A stretch of DNA of 64,000 nucleotides, from contig CAKKNE010000002.1 of assembly GCA_918797485.1 (NCBI GenBank), positions 2,914,001 to 2,978,000 on the forward strand, written 5' to 3'. Positions 51,101-60,684 of the stretch are shown piece after piece. Origin of the DNA: Pelagomonas calceolata (lineage: Eukaryota). A model generated the notes under the pieces. That model saw only the letters and a program-made list of their open reading frames with translations. It did no database searches and was not told the origin of the DNA. The position numbers and the translations under genes are program-made. The number at the start of each line of letters is the position of its first letter. Position 1 is the first letter of the stretch.

Positions 51101-52401
51101 GACCGGACGGCGCCGCGACAGGTGCCCCAGAACCGCCGCTGCCCATCTTCCGTGAGATCCGATTTGCTAAAGGACTCGCCAAAACCGTCGAGCCGCTTGC
51201 GGAGCGCCTTGGCCTTGTCGAGCGCCGCGGCGACGGCGCGCTCCGGCGAAGCAGTGTCGTCGGACGCCAGGAGGGCGTCCGCGAGCGTATCAGGCGCGGG
51301 GCTGGAGAAGGCCAGCCGCAGTGGCCGCGCCTCGCGGTTCAAGAGCGCCGCGGCGCCAGCGAAAGCCAAGCCGCCCACGCGCACGCCGTCGACGGCGACG
51401 AGCCGCGAGCCGAGCGACGGCGGCGGGTCCGCCGACGCGTAGCCGTCGACGCCGTCGACGACGCAGCCGTTGGTCACGGACGAGAACTGGAGGCCGATAT
51501 CCTTTGTCTGGACGACGACGTCGTACGTTTCGCCGGGCGCGCGCACCGTGACGACCCGGCGGGGCGCTGCGGCTTCGGCCGTCGGTGAGGCGACGGCCCA
51601 CGGGGCCTGGAGGCGCCCAAGACCCACCGCCGCGGCGCTTTCCGTCGCGGCCCGCTCCGCCTCGGCTTTTCGTCGCGCGGCGACGGCCGGCGGCGCTGCC
51701 AATACGGCCTGCTGGACCCGGTCCGGCGGGGCGCGCGCAGACAAGGGCCCGGTGCTCGCACCAATGGGCGCCGTCGACGAGCGGAACAGCGAGTCCGACG
51801 CCATGGCCCAGACCGCCGCCGCGTACGTCCGCCGCTCGAGGACGCTCGCCCACGCGCGCCACCGTTTCCGGCCCGCCTCGGAGGTGGCCCACGCCGTCAC
51901 GGTCGTCGAGGCTCTGAGATAGCCCTTGGTCTCGGCGACGACCCAGCGCTCGCAGAGATTCCACTCGTCGTCATCAGGACCCGTGGCAGTGCCGAGCTCC
52001 GCTTGAGACGCAGCGGCACGCGCCGCGCCCGGATTCGCCGCGGCCCAGCACCGCGCCTCAAGGATGAGTCCGTCGTCCTTCACGAACGTACAGCGCTGCG
52101 CCTCGCGTATCGCCACGCCGTCGCAGGCGTACTGGACACGGCGCTCGCGGCAGGCGCCGTGCTTGCTCCACTTGCCGAAGACGACCGCGGACTGACCGCC
52201 GTCATGCCTAGCGCGCTCTCCTGGTTTTACGTCGTCGGCGAGAAACAACAAAAAGAAGGGGCTCGCCGGCATCGATATGGTCACCTCGCCGATGGGTCGG
52301 AGCGCGGTGTGCTCGTGGAAGCCGAGGAAGGGGAGAGTGGGCGTTTTAGCGCACTGCCACGAGTTGTCTTGTACCACCGGCCACGGCGGCCCTTCAGCCA
52401 T
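48103..52401 (-). CDS. VPS9 domain + ankyrin repeat protein (VARP/ANKRD27-like) with PDZ-like and possible VASt N-terminal domains
   Basis: GADDVVPSLTYVAIRANP...GERGY...L..AV.F (VPS9); many G.TALM.A repeats; DIGLQF...GSRLVAVDG...RPLRLAF (PDZ-like). Confidence 0.8.
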   Translation of the reverse strand: MAEGPPWPVVQDNSWQCAKTPTLPFLGFHEHTALRPIGEVTISMPASPFFLLFLADDVKPGERARHDGGQSAVVFGKWSKHGACRERRVQYACDGVAIREAQRCTFVKDDGLILEARCWAAANPGAARAAASQAELGTATGPDDDEWNLCERWVVAETKGYLRASTTVTAWATSEAGRKRWRAWASVLERRTYAAAVWAMASDSLFRSSTAPIGASTGPLSARAPPDRVQQAVLAAPPAVAARRKAEAERAATESAAAVGLGRLQAPWAVASPTAEAAAPRRVVTVRAPGETYDVVVQTKDIGLQFSSVTNGCVVDGVDGYASADPPPSLGSRLVAVDGVRVGGLAFAGAAALLNREARPLRLAFSSPAPDTLADALLASDDTASPERAVAAALDKAKALRKRLDGFGESFSKSDLTEDGQRRFWGTCRGAVRSLREAKLLKPLQRDDGVLKNLREKEEEDEDDEFWERCEAAVERRLMPSCVDALLNLSPGGDDELAVTLGRLRFLRLEHLGVSAPGEADNDIGGEWAVAVEELRATDNAQSVSEVLDRVAQCCRFAAAAAEKVRNKGRRLEAYENVGADDVVPSLTYVAIRANPRRLVTTLWFVETYASSYQLRGERGYAAASLRVAVDFASQQLRSAAPLEGLISDEAFKSGVRAAALVDEACAAAGRGDAKAFRLLLAAGVDVSAPDARCVVSPLIAAIEGQVCVDEALAKVSDVNATLRDGRTALMASAAVGAASVCAALLRKGADASKRDVKGRTAFMVARHRATRVLLSCGPPTDEAVVAAASKADVDVLRALLAKGGNADAADAKGCPALVAACAATAPACVAALLDSDADPNATHEGATALMWCVGLRGRATALNQAACAALLLNRGADRRDALAWCGDCGSSQLRAALETPETASRDGAVVLAAVDSNDGDRIAALLAQNWPADASTKEGDLALHVAADCGHVAAARALLDGGAAVDAPGGDGATALMRATAAAQPDVVALLLNRGAKTSVRDAAGRRASEVVLSTDRKRLLALLASDPVKRPLVLLAARDDADGVRALLTRGADVNERSRCQTREAYHPELWTPLIAACAYDAKDAAKLLLAVPGIELDASNPYGLTALHYAAIRGSASMLLALLAAGAERHARDRAFRTPLDWARRRLALDADVVPGNWAADLADGLAAPVLQFDPAVDDARQLASIGDEKGVVALLLQGVELNGVDNGSTHGATILLAACAAGKLSVVRRLLAHPDVDVNLGDRRGVSPLMQSAASGFDDGVLALLAAGALRDAMCHKGRAAKDYAAARGHVALGALLQADPDAVSIFDVASRGHVLALDGLLRQRPKLLHARRARDRATPLHVAAAAGNLEAVKALLKRKCRVDVVDSNGATPLMHAAAAGAIDVCTRLVKSGADASKRDAAGRTASSWASKKSYGTMMRFLAAMAVS

Positions 52402-52565
52402 TCTAGGGGTGTGAGAGGCTTTATGCACAGGGTTGCTCCAGGACGGCGACAATGGTTCTACGCTGTACCAGCTCGAGAGTGAGTGTGCTATCGCTGCAAG
52501 CGACCTTCACTTAACCGGTAACCGCCCTTTTTAGCGTGCAGAGCAAAAAAAAATGCTGCTCAATC

Positions 52566-52589
52566 CCTAGCGGCATGTGAGGCACTAGC
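52566..52589 (+). promoter_or_regulatory. Intergenic palindrome-like motif copy 12 (divergent promoter)
   Basis: CCTAGCGGCATGTGAGGCACTAGC between the starts at 52401(-) and 52789(+). Confidence 0.6.
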
Positions 52590-52788
52590 AAGCTAAAAAA
52601 ATTTAATTGCGCTCTGAACCGCAATTTTGCCCATACGACTCATTTCCGAACTGCCGTTTATCGTTCATCTGTTTTTCGGTTGGCACGCTGACGCGCGGAG
52701 CAACTTTCGCAGCGCTGAAGCGAGACACAGCTCGTGCTGGCATTACAGTGCTCCTGCAGCGCTGCAGAGCCGTCGCGCGGAGTATAGC

Positions 52789-53961
52789 ATGGCGCAAGAC
52801 CGGCCGCCCGCCCCGCCCTTCCCCCGCGACGAGGTCGACCCGAAGACGGCGATCGGCTCCGCGCGAAACCAGCAGCCCTTCGTCGAGTACTTCGCGCGCG
52901 CGCCGCCGGAGAGCGGCACGAAGGGCACGTGGCCCAAGCCCGAGGCCTTCGAGGCGGCGCCGAAGCCGCCCGCGCCGCCCTCTTCAAAACGCGAGGCGTC
53001 CGTGCTGTTCGTCGGCCTGGCGTGTGTTGATGTTGTGATGAGTGTAGACAAGTACCCGACGGAGGACACGTGCTGCCGCGCGTCGAGTATGCGACGGTGC
53101 CGCGGCGGCAACGCGTCCAACTCCGCGGTCGTCGCGCGCGCCTGCGGCGTCGATGCGACGTGGCTCGGGACGTGTCCTCGGCGAGACTCGATGGATTCAA
53201 ATTTTATAGTAGGTGATCTCGAGGCCTGCGGCGTGAAAACGGCGCCCGTCTTTCGGGATGCGGTCGAGCACGCGCCCACGTCACATATAGTCCACAACAC
53301 TTGCACATCCTCTCGGACGATCGTCCACTGCCGGGGCGCGTTGGACGAGTTGCGGGAGAGCGACTTTCCTGAACCGGATTTCGATTGGGCGCACTTCGAG
53401 GGCCGCGCGGGGAACGCGGACGTTTTACGGGAAGCGATGCGGCGGTATAGAGAAGCGGGTACCACAGTCTCGCTCGAGCTCGAGAAGCTGGACGAAAGTC
53501 TCGATTCGTTAGAAGACGAAGCTGACGTTGTCTTGTACTCGAAAGAACGCGCCGAGCGGGACGGCTATCGAGATCCGGTCAAATTCTTAGCGAGAAAAGC
53601 CTCGGACTTTTGTAAAAGGGGCCAAGCCCAAAAGATCATGACCTGCGCCTGGGGCGAGCACGGCGCCGCGGCCTGCGCCGTCGAGGGTTTGACGATCCTG
53701 ATTTTGAGAGCAGGTGCTCTGAAGACGGACGTCGTCGACACGGTCGGCGCCGGCGACTCCTTCAACGGCGCCTTCGTGGCGGCGCTGGCGTCGGGCGACG
53801 ATGGGGGCAACGACGGCGCGCTGGGGCGGGCGCTGCGCGTCGCTAGTCATGTCGCGGGGCAGAAGGTCGGGCGCGTGGGCTTCGCGGGCTTGCGGTACCC
53901 GTCCGTGGCCGATTGTTCCGAGATATGGCTCGAGGTCGCGGCGCAGTGTGGGAGTAAGTAA
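52789..53961 (+). CDS. KHK: Ketohexokinase-like PfkB carbohydrate kinase
   Basis: VGLACVD...YPTEDT..R....RGGNASNS, SRTIVH, WAHFEGR, CAWGEHGA, VVDTVGAGDSFN. Confidence 0.8.
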   Translation: MAQDRPPAPPFPRDEVDPKTAIGSARNQQPFVEYFARAPPESGTKGTWPKPEAFEAAPKPPAPPSSKREASVLFVGLACVDVVMSVDKYPTEDTCCRASSMRRCRGGNASNSAVVARACGVDATWLGTCPRRDSMDSNFIVGDLEACGVKTAPVFRDAVEHAPTSHIVHNTCTSSRTIVHCRGALDELRESDFPEPDFDWAHFEGRAGNADVLREAMRRYREAGTTVSLELEKLDESLDSLEDEADVVLYSKERAERDGYRDPVKFLARKASDFCKRGQAQKIMTCAWGEHGAAACAVEGLTILILRAGALKTDVVDTVGAGDSFNGAFVAALASGDDGGNDGALGRALRVASHVAGQKVGRVGFAGLRYPSVADCSEIWLEVAAQCGSK

Positions 53962-53967
53962 CATGTC

Positions 53968-56271
53968 TTATTTAACAACTAGGAACTTCTTGCGGTCATC
54001 GCCGCCGTAGTGGCGCGGGTTCTCCGCGTGCGTATAGAGCGGTAGTTGCGCGCGCAGCGCGTCGCAGGCACGGCCGGCGCGGTTCTTCGCCGCGTAATCG
54101 CCGTCCTCGAGATCACCCCATCTCTCACCCGTGGCGAGATCACCGATGCGCCGTGCCTCCTGATCCCGGCCGCAGGCGGCGTCGAATCGGCAGCGGGCGC
54201 ACTCACACGTGAATGAGGAGCGCACCGGTCGCGCCGCCTGCTCGACGCCGACAACCGGCCAAGAAGGAGGTATGCGCAGAAAGCGAATATTCCAGGGGTT
54301 CTGGAATGTCACGGGCGTCTTCTTCTCCCACGATCTATGGTTCGTCGCTTTAATCGCGGCGGTCAATCTCTCGTCGTCCCATTCTCCGAAGCCCATGGCC
54401 CGCAGCGACGCGCGCAACGCCTGGCGCGGAGGCACTAGCTCTTGCTTGTCAGCTAGTTTCGCAGCGACCAAAAGATTCGACTCTCGGAGGACGGCGTGGA
54501 CCAGTCGAACGTCGGCCCAAGCGACCTCACCTCGGCAGCCCCAGGTAAGGCCCGGTTGCAGCGTTTTCAGAGACGCATAAATGTCCTGTAGCGGTTCGGC
54601 GAGTTCTTTCTCGTCCCGCACAAGGACGCTCTCGGCAAAAGAAACGCGCGGCAGTTCGGCCGGTGAATAGGCGGATAGCCACTTGTTCCGACGGAGTTCG
54701 TAGTCTTGGACCGTAACGCTCTCCCCGCCGTCATCCGCCGCGTGTGGGCACGCCGGGAGGGCCGCGTCGAGCTCGGCCATCTTCCACAAGACCCTCTCCT
54801 CCCGCTCGACGCGCAGCGGGCTGTCGCGATCTAAGCGCTCGACCGGGACAGCGCACGGGAGGCCGTGAACGGTGCCCGAAATCACCAGGCGCATGCAGGA
54901 GTACGCCTTCCACGGATCTCGCGGGCAGGACTCCGGTGCCGGTGGAGTCCAGGGAGCGCGCGCGCGCGTCCGCTCCGACGCGCCGCGCCCGCCAGGCTCG
55001 TCAGTCAACAATCGAAATATGAGGTGCGCGGTGGCGTTCCGGGCCCGAGGAGCGTCTTCATCGCCGTCGGGATCACAATGCTCGCACCGCGCGTACGAGA
55101 CCGCCTCGTGCTCGAACCGTACCTCATCGAGCACGACCTCCGCGTTACTGTAGCAGCGAGCAAACCCGTGCGCCAGATCGGCGGCGCGCCACGCGCGGCC
55201 GCCGCGCCGCCGCAGGTGCTCACCAAACTGATACTCATGTTCGGTGTAGCGGCTGTCCCACTTGTCCGGCGTGCAGCTATCGGCGCCGTCCGCCCGGAAC
55301 GAAAAGAGGCACGCGCCCTCGAGCACCTCGCCCGGAGGCCGCCCGCACAACGACTCACCTGCTTGCTCGTCGACGAGAAGGGCCCCGCCGCGCGGCTCTC
55401 CCTCCCTATGAACGTATTTCGTGGGCCGGCCCATGAGATCGTAGCGGCTGCGCTCGCCGGCGGGCAGCGCCTCGGTCTCCGGCAGGTGTTGGATAACGTG
55501 CAGGCCGTGGCAGAGCGGCGAGTCGGGGAGCAGGTCCCGGGCGAAGTTCAAAAGCGCGTCCATTTCCTCGCCCCAGTGTCCAGCTCCGTCGAAGTAGTAG
55601 CGCTCCGGCCACTCCTCGTCAGCAAATTCGTCCGGCGACGCCATCGTGCGGTCTATATAGATGTGGTGCGCGTCGAGGCGCCAGGGCAGGTGCGAGGCGG
55701 CCGCGAGGAAGCCCGTCCAGGCGAGCGAACCTCGGAAATACATATCATATTCAGTGTAGTCGGGGTAGTCCCGCTGCAACGCGGCCGAGCGCCACGCCAA
55801 GCACGCGTGGAGGCGCCTAGCCGCGGCCCGGTGCGCGTGCGAGTACACCAGCGTGCCGGTGCCGTCGTCGAGCTCCGCCGCGTTCCAGGGCCCCGTGACG
55901 CTATCGGGCGCGTCGGACGGAGGTTGTCCAACAAATCGAGCCTCCGCGTCGGCGGCGTCGACTGGTGTGAGCTGAGGCGTCGCCGCCACGGCGCAGGGCC
56001 GCACGCCGAACAGGCTCTGGTGCGTCGCGGCCATGTGCTTGTCGATGATCGCGCGCCATCGCTTGCACACGAGTCGGAGTGGCACGCAGCCTATCGCGCC
56101 GGCGAGGGACCGCAGCTCGCGCGCCGTCTGCTGGCGCTCATCGTGGGATGACCAGTCCTCGTCGTCGGGCCGCGCGTACTGAATGGCGCCGTCGAGGCGC
56201 TGGACAGCATATGGGCAGTAGCTGTGGATCAGGTGCTCGTAGAGGTCCTCTGGCAGGGTCATGCTGGCCAT
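53968..56271 (-). CDS. F-box-like protein of unknown function
   Basis: MTLPEDLYEHLIHSY...[insert]...VPLRLVCKRWRAII; long ORF. Confidence 0.55.
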   Translation of the reverse strand: MASMTLPEDLYEHLIHSYCPYAVQRLDGAIQYARPDDEDWSSHDERQQTARELRSLAGAIGCVPLRLVCKRWRAIIDKHMAATHQSLFGVRPCAVAATPQLTPVDAADAEARFVGQPPSDAPDSVTGPWNAAELDDGTGTLVYSHAHRAAARRLHACLAWRSAALQRDYPDYTEYDMYFRGSLAWTGFLAAASHLPWRLDAHHIYIDRTMASPDEFADEEWPERYYFDGAGHWGEEMDALLNFARDLLPDSPLCHGLHVIQHLPETEALPAGERSRYDLMGRPTKYVHREGEPRGGALLVDEQAGESLCGRPPGEVLEGACLFSFRADGADSCTPDKWDSRYTEHEYQFGEHLRRRGGRAWRAADLAHGFARCYSNAEVVLDEVRFEHEAVSYARCEHCDPDGDEDAPRARNATAHLIFRLLTDEPGGRGASERTRARAPWTPPAPESCPRDPWKAYSCMRLVISGTVHGLPCAVPVERLDRDSPLRVEREERVLWKMAELDAALPACPHAADDGGESVTVQDYELRRNKWLSAYSPAELPRVSFAESVLVRDEKELAEPLQDIYASLKTLQPGLTWGCRGEVAWADVRLVHAVLRESNLLVAAKLADKQELVPPRQALRASLRAMGFGEWDDERLTAAIKATNHRSWEKKTPVTFQNPWNIRFLRIPPSWPVVGVEQAARPVRSSFTCECARCRFDAACGRDQEARRIGDLATGERWGDLEDGDYAAKNRAGRACDALRAQLPLYTHAENPRHYGGDDRKKFLVVK

Positions 56272-56526
56272 GCTCTCCAAGCTGCTGCTCTCTCTAGCAC
56301 TGCGAAATCGCTTGCTTCGTGCCGCAGCTGTCGCAGCGGTGATCGCGCACAACTATGGGACCATGTGCTGCGTTTTGTTTGATATATGGCGACGCTTGCT
56401 GGCACTGCAGCCGCCTGGGTCATCACACAGGCGAATACCCGCTCGCTGCGACGCGCGCGGCGTTCCGGGATATATCGCAAACACACACAACTTAATAACA
56501 GCATACGACATCGACGAGGCGACGCA

Positions 56527-57546
56527 TCACTCGTCGGGCCGGAACGGCCGCGCCCAGACCGCCTCCTGATCATCGATGCGCTTCGCGAGGATCACCTCGA
56601 GGCACGTCCTGTCTTCGGAGAGGGCCCAGGTGCACTCGCTCGCGACGACGGGGCCCTCCAGGGTCCTCGCGACGACCGCGGCACCCTCCAGCGACACCGA
56701 TAGTTTTTGTGAACCGAACTCGACTTTCATGGCTTTCGCCGACGGCGCCGCCCGCGGCAACTTCACATCAACCTCCATGCGCTCGGGCGTCTCGCGCCAT
56801 AGCCACCTTTCTGGAGTCTCCCCATCAATACTGCCGCCGGTCGGCCAGTACGTCTGTCGTTCGGGCTCCTTGTCGTCCGGCACGACGTCGTCCAACAGGT
56901 CTTCTTCCATGTCGTCGAGCAGCGCCTTCTCCTCGACCGTCTCCTCGCGCGCGTCGCCCCTTTCTCTCCTTTCGGCGGCAAGCTCGAGCTCCCTCCTTAG
57001 TACATCGTCGTCGTCGTCGTCGACCCGATCCGCGCCGAACACCTCGACGCCCGCCGCCCAGTCCCTTACATTTAACAGCTCGAGCTCGAACACGACGTGC
57101 GCTTGCGCGGGAACGTGCGGCTCCGCGCCGTCGCCGAAGGCCCAGTCCGGCCCCGCCAGGATCTCCACCCGATCCTGGGGAGCCATCGTCGCCACGCAGG
57201 CGTCCCAGGCCCGCGTCGCTTCGCCGGACCCGCCGCCGAGCGTGAATTCTAACGTGCTGTTCGGCTGCAGCGCCCCTATCCTCTCGCCGCGGCACCACCA
57301 GTTGCCCTGCTTCTCGGCGAGCCAGGCCGTCCAGCGCACGCTGCACTCGGCGCCCGGCGGCGGCTTCGGGCCTCCTCGAGGTGGCGTAAGCCGTCGAACG
57401 CAGCACGCGCCCTTGCCGTTCGAGAGGTCTTCCCAGCCTTGCGGTGCGGCCCTTGGTGCCGTGATGCGTTTTCTGGGAGTGTGGTGGAAGGCCTGGGCCG
57501 CCTGCGTTGCGCAGAGGAGCGCTGCTGCTGCTGCTCTTGCTCTCAT
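56527..57546 (-). CDS. FKBP-type PPIase domain + CS (NudC/p23-like) domain protein, plastid-type presequence
   Basis: AQAF; FTLG...AWD.CVATM.......P.WAFG..G....VP......FELELL; WLWRET....V.V.LP...L.G.V...EC.W.....LEV.L.K....W. Confidence 0.8.
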   Translation of the reverse strand: MRARAAAAALLCATQAAQAFHHTPRKRITAPRAAPQGWEDLSNGKGACCVRRLTPPRGGPKPPPGAECSVRWTAWLAEKQGNWWCRGERIGALQPNSTLEFTLGGGSGEATRAWDACVATMAPQDRVEILAGPDWAFGDGAEPHVPAQAHVVFELELLNVRDWAAGVEVFGADRVDDDDDDVLRRELELAAERRERGDAREETVEEKALLDDMEEDLLDDVVPDDKEPERQTYWPTGGSIDGETPERWLWRETPERMEVDVKLPRAAPSAKAMKVEFGSQKLSVSLEGAAVVARTLEGPVVASECTWALSEDRTCLEVILAKRIDDQEAVWARPFRPDE

Positions 57547-57905
57547 AGCTCACACAGCTGCAAAATCGTGCCGGTTTTCGTTGCAGCTCTTGTAATTCGA
57601 GTAATTGTACGCGATAATTGAGCTCTGTGCAGTGAGTACAGTCCAGCGGCGGCTAATTGCGCGCGGCCAAGTGCCTCTGCAGCAGCAAGACTGCCTTTGC
57701 GGTCAAATCCGTGCCTTCGAGCGTGTCTACTTGTCCAGAGGGTCGCAACGAGTCATGTGAGAGCGCCCAAACGAGAAATCAACTCGGCGAAAAACCCGAT
57801 ACCCTCGACGATTTTGGCTCAGCGATTTTGGCCTAGCACCGCCTACGACGCTCTCCGGGGACAGCTGAGGCAACGCTGGTCGAGTAGAGGAGCTCTGTTG
57901 GCACC

Positions 57906-58669
<764 letters not shown>

Positions 58670-58783
58670 GCTTGTTACCTTAAAGTGGTGTTTCTTCATC
58701 TCGGCTGGCGCGCCTTCACCACGACGTCGCCTCTGCTCGACGGCGTGGAGGTTGCGCGATCTTTCCGCGTCGCGCGAATTTGA

Positions 58784-58806
58784 GCTAGCGGCATAAAGAC
58801 ACTAGC
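58784..58806 (+). promoter_or_regulatory. Intergenic palindrome-like motif copy 13
   Basis: GCTAGCGGCATAAAGACACTAGC, identical to copy 11; 151 bp before the ATG at 58957. Confidence 0.7.
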
Positions 58807-58956
58807 GCCAACCGGCGCGAGCTTAGCCCGCTGACTAGCCCGTCAAAGCTCGCTCGTTTGCAACCAAAACGCCATCTGGACACACGTCGCTCGCCACCCT
58901 TGCAGCGTCGCCTCCGTTTTCGCGCGCGCGTGCACCCAGCACAAATAGCTGGTACC

Positions 58957-60600
58957 ATGCGGCTGTGTTTAGTTTTGCTAGCCGCCGCGGCCGCGGCCAA
59001 GCGCCAGCAACCACCACCGCCCGCGGACGACCGCCAGCTCTTCCGCGAGGCGCTACAGGAGCGAGATTTCAAAACCGCACTAAAAACAGCACCAGCGGCG
59101 TACGCCACCTGGTGGCAACAATTACTCAAAGACGACCCGTACCACGTCTTTATTGAAACATTACTGATTGCCTTCCTCCTGTACTTGTTGTACGGCACGC
59201 GCCGCGCGAAAAACTCCCAAAAAAAGGAGCAAGCATTGACCGACAGAGAAATCGACGACCTCGTCAGCGACTGGGCCCCCGCGCCGCTCGTAGGAACGGC
59301 GAGCGCGCCGCCGCCGGCCATGCGCGTCGTGACGCCCGCGGCACAACCGGGCCGCGTGCACGTGCGCAAGGACACGAACACCGCGAAGTGGTCGTCTGGC
59401 GACCCCCTCACCAAGCCGACGAAGCAGGGCGCCCTGAACTGCGGCGCCTTCGACTTCCTGGCCATGGGGTCCTCGGTCAAGGTGCGCGAGGCGGCCCAGG
59501 CAGCTTTAACGAAGTACGGCTGCGGGAGCTGCGGCCCGCGCGGCTTCTACGGCTCGATCGACGTCCACGAGCAGCTGGAAGCCAGGGTCGCGTCGTTCTC
59601 GCACACGAAGCAGGCCATCGCGTTTTCCGATGCCGCTTCTTGTTGCACGTCGACCGTCGCCGCGTTCGCGAAAAGAGGCGACCTATTAGTGGTCGATGAT
59701 GGGATCTCGGAACCTTTAAGGACGGGCTGCGTGCTATCGAGAGCAAGAGTCGTCGCGTACAAGCACAACGACGCTAATGATTTAAAAAGAGTTATGGAGG
59801 GGATTAGACAGGCGGACCGGCGGAAGGGCCGCGCCCCAACCGCTCAAAGAAGGTTCGTGGTCTGCGAGGCCGTGTCGCGAGACCACGGCGGCGACGTCGC
59901 GCCGCTGAAGGAGATTTTGGCACTGAAGGACGAGTTCGGCTACCGTTTGATTCTGGACGAGTCGCTCTCCTGGGGCGTCTTGGGCGCGACGGGCCGGGGC
60001 CTCAAGGAGGCTTGTGGCATCGAGGATCCTACTTCCGTTGAGATCACGTGCGTGGACCTCGCGCCGGCTTTAGGTTCGAACGGAGGCTTGTGTATTGGCA
60101 CGGACGAAGTGGTAGCCCACCAGCGGTTGAGTGGAGCGGGCTACTGCTTCTCGGCGGCGGCGCCGCCCTTCTATTCGGCCGCCGCTTTGGCGGCGCTGGA
60201 CATCTTAGATTCTAGTGAGGGGCAAAAACGACTCTCAAAACTGCGTAGCAACGCGTCTTTACTGAGAAAGGAGCTGGCCAAGGCCTTCGACGGCGACGCT
60301 TTGTTGAGTGTCGTCGGTACAAATATAGAGGTCGACCTGGAGGATGATCTGGACGTGCCCTTCGTGTTGCTGGAAGGTGCGTCATCAAAGACCCTCGACG
60401 CCATCATCGACGCGGCCTACGCCAGTGGCTACGCCGTGTCCCTCGCGACGCCGCCGGCCGACGACGCGGCGCCGGCCCTGCCGCCCCTCAAAAAGAAGCC
60501 GCTCGCGCTCCGCGTGACGACGACGGCCGACCACGGCGCGGCGGACGTGAGGGGGCTCGTGGCGGCGCTGGCGAAGGCGTCGGCGAAGGCGACCGCCTAG
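58957..60600 (+). CDS. SPTLC1: Serine palmitoyltransferase subunit 1 (LCB1)
   Basis: LTDREID.LV.DW.P.PLV, KYGCGSCGPRGFYGSIDVH, AFAKRGD, HQRLSGAGYCFSA; lacks the PLP lysine, as expected for LCB1. Confidence 0.92.
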   Translation: MRLCLVLLAAAAAAKRQQPPPPADDRQLFREALQERDFKTALKTAPAAYATWWQQLLKDDPYHVFIETLLIAFLLYLLYGTRRAKNSQKKEQALTDREIDDLVSDWAPAPLVGTASAPPPAMRVVTPAAQPGRVHVRKDTNTAKWSSGDPLTKPTKQGALNCGAFDFLAMGSSVKVREAAQAALTKYGCGSCGPRGFYGSIDVHEQLEARVASFSHTKQAIAFSDAASCCTSTVAAFAKRGDLLVVDDGISEPLRTGCVLSRARVVAYKHNDANDLKRVMEGIRQADRRKGRAPTAQRRFVVCEAVSRDHGGDVAPLKEILALKDEFGYRLILDESLSWGVLGATGRGLKEACGIEDPTSVEITCVDLAPALGSNGGLCIGTDEVVAHQRLSGAGYCFSAAAPPFYSAAALAALDILDSSEGQKRLSKLRSNASLLRKELAKAFDGDALLSVVGTNIEVDLEDDLDVPFVLLEGASSKTLDAIIDAAYASGYAVSLATPPADDAAPALPPLKKKPLALRVTTTADHGAADVRGLVAALAKASAKATA

Positions 60601-60684
60601 GTATCATCTATTTTCGTTACTCTTGGGGTCTTCTTCGTGGTGGGGGTGTCTGGGGGGTGCGTGTAGTCGTTATCAGGATCATGG

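Noticed and set aside
56576..57595. 339-aa plus-strand ORF exactly antisense to the FKBP-CS gene
   Set aside because: Ser-rich shadow ORF expected from GC-rich codon usage. The same applies to 3014-4171, 54865-56151, 45855-46883 and the many other overlapping ORFs.
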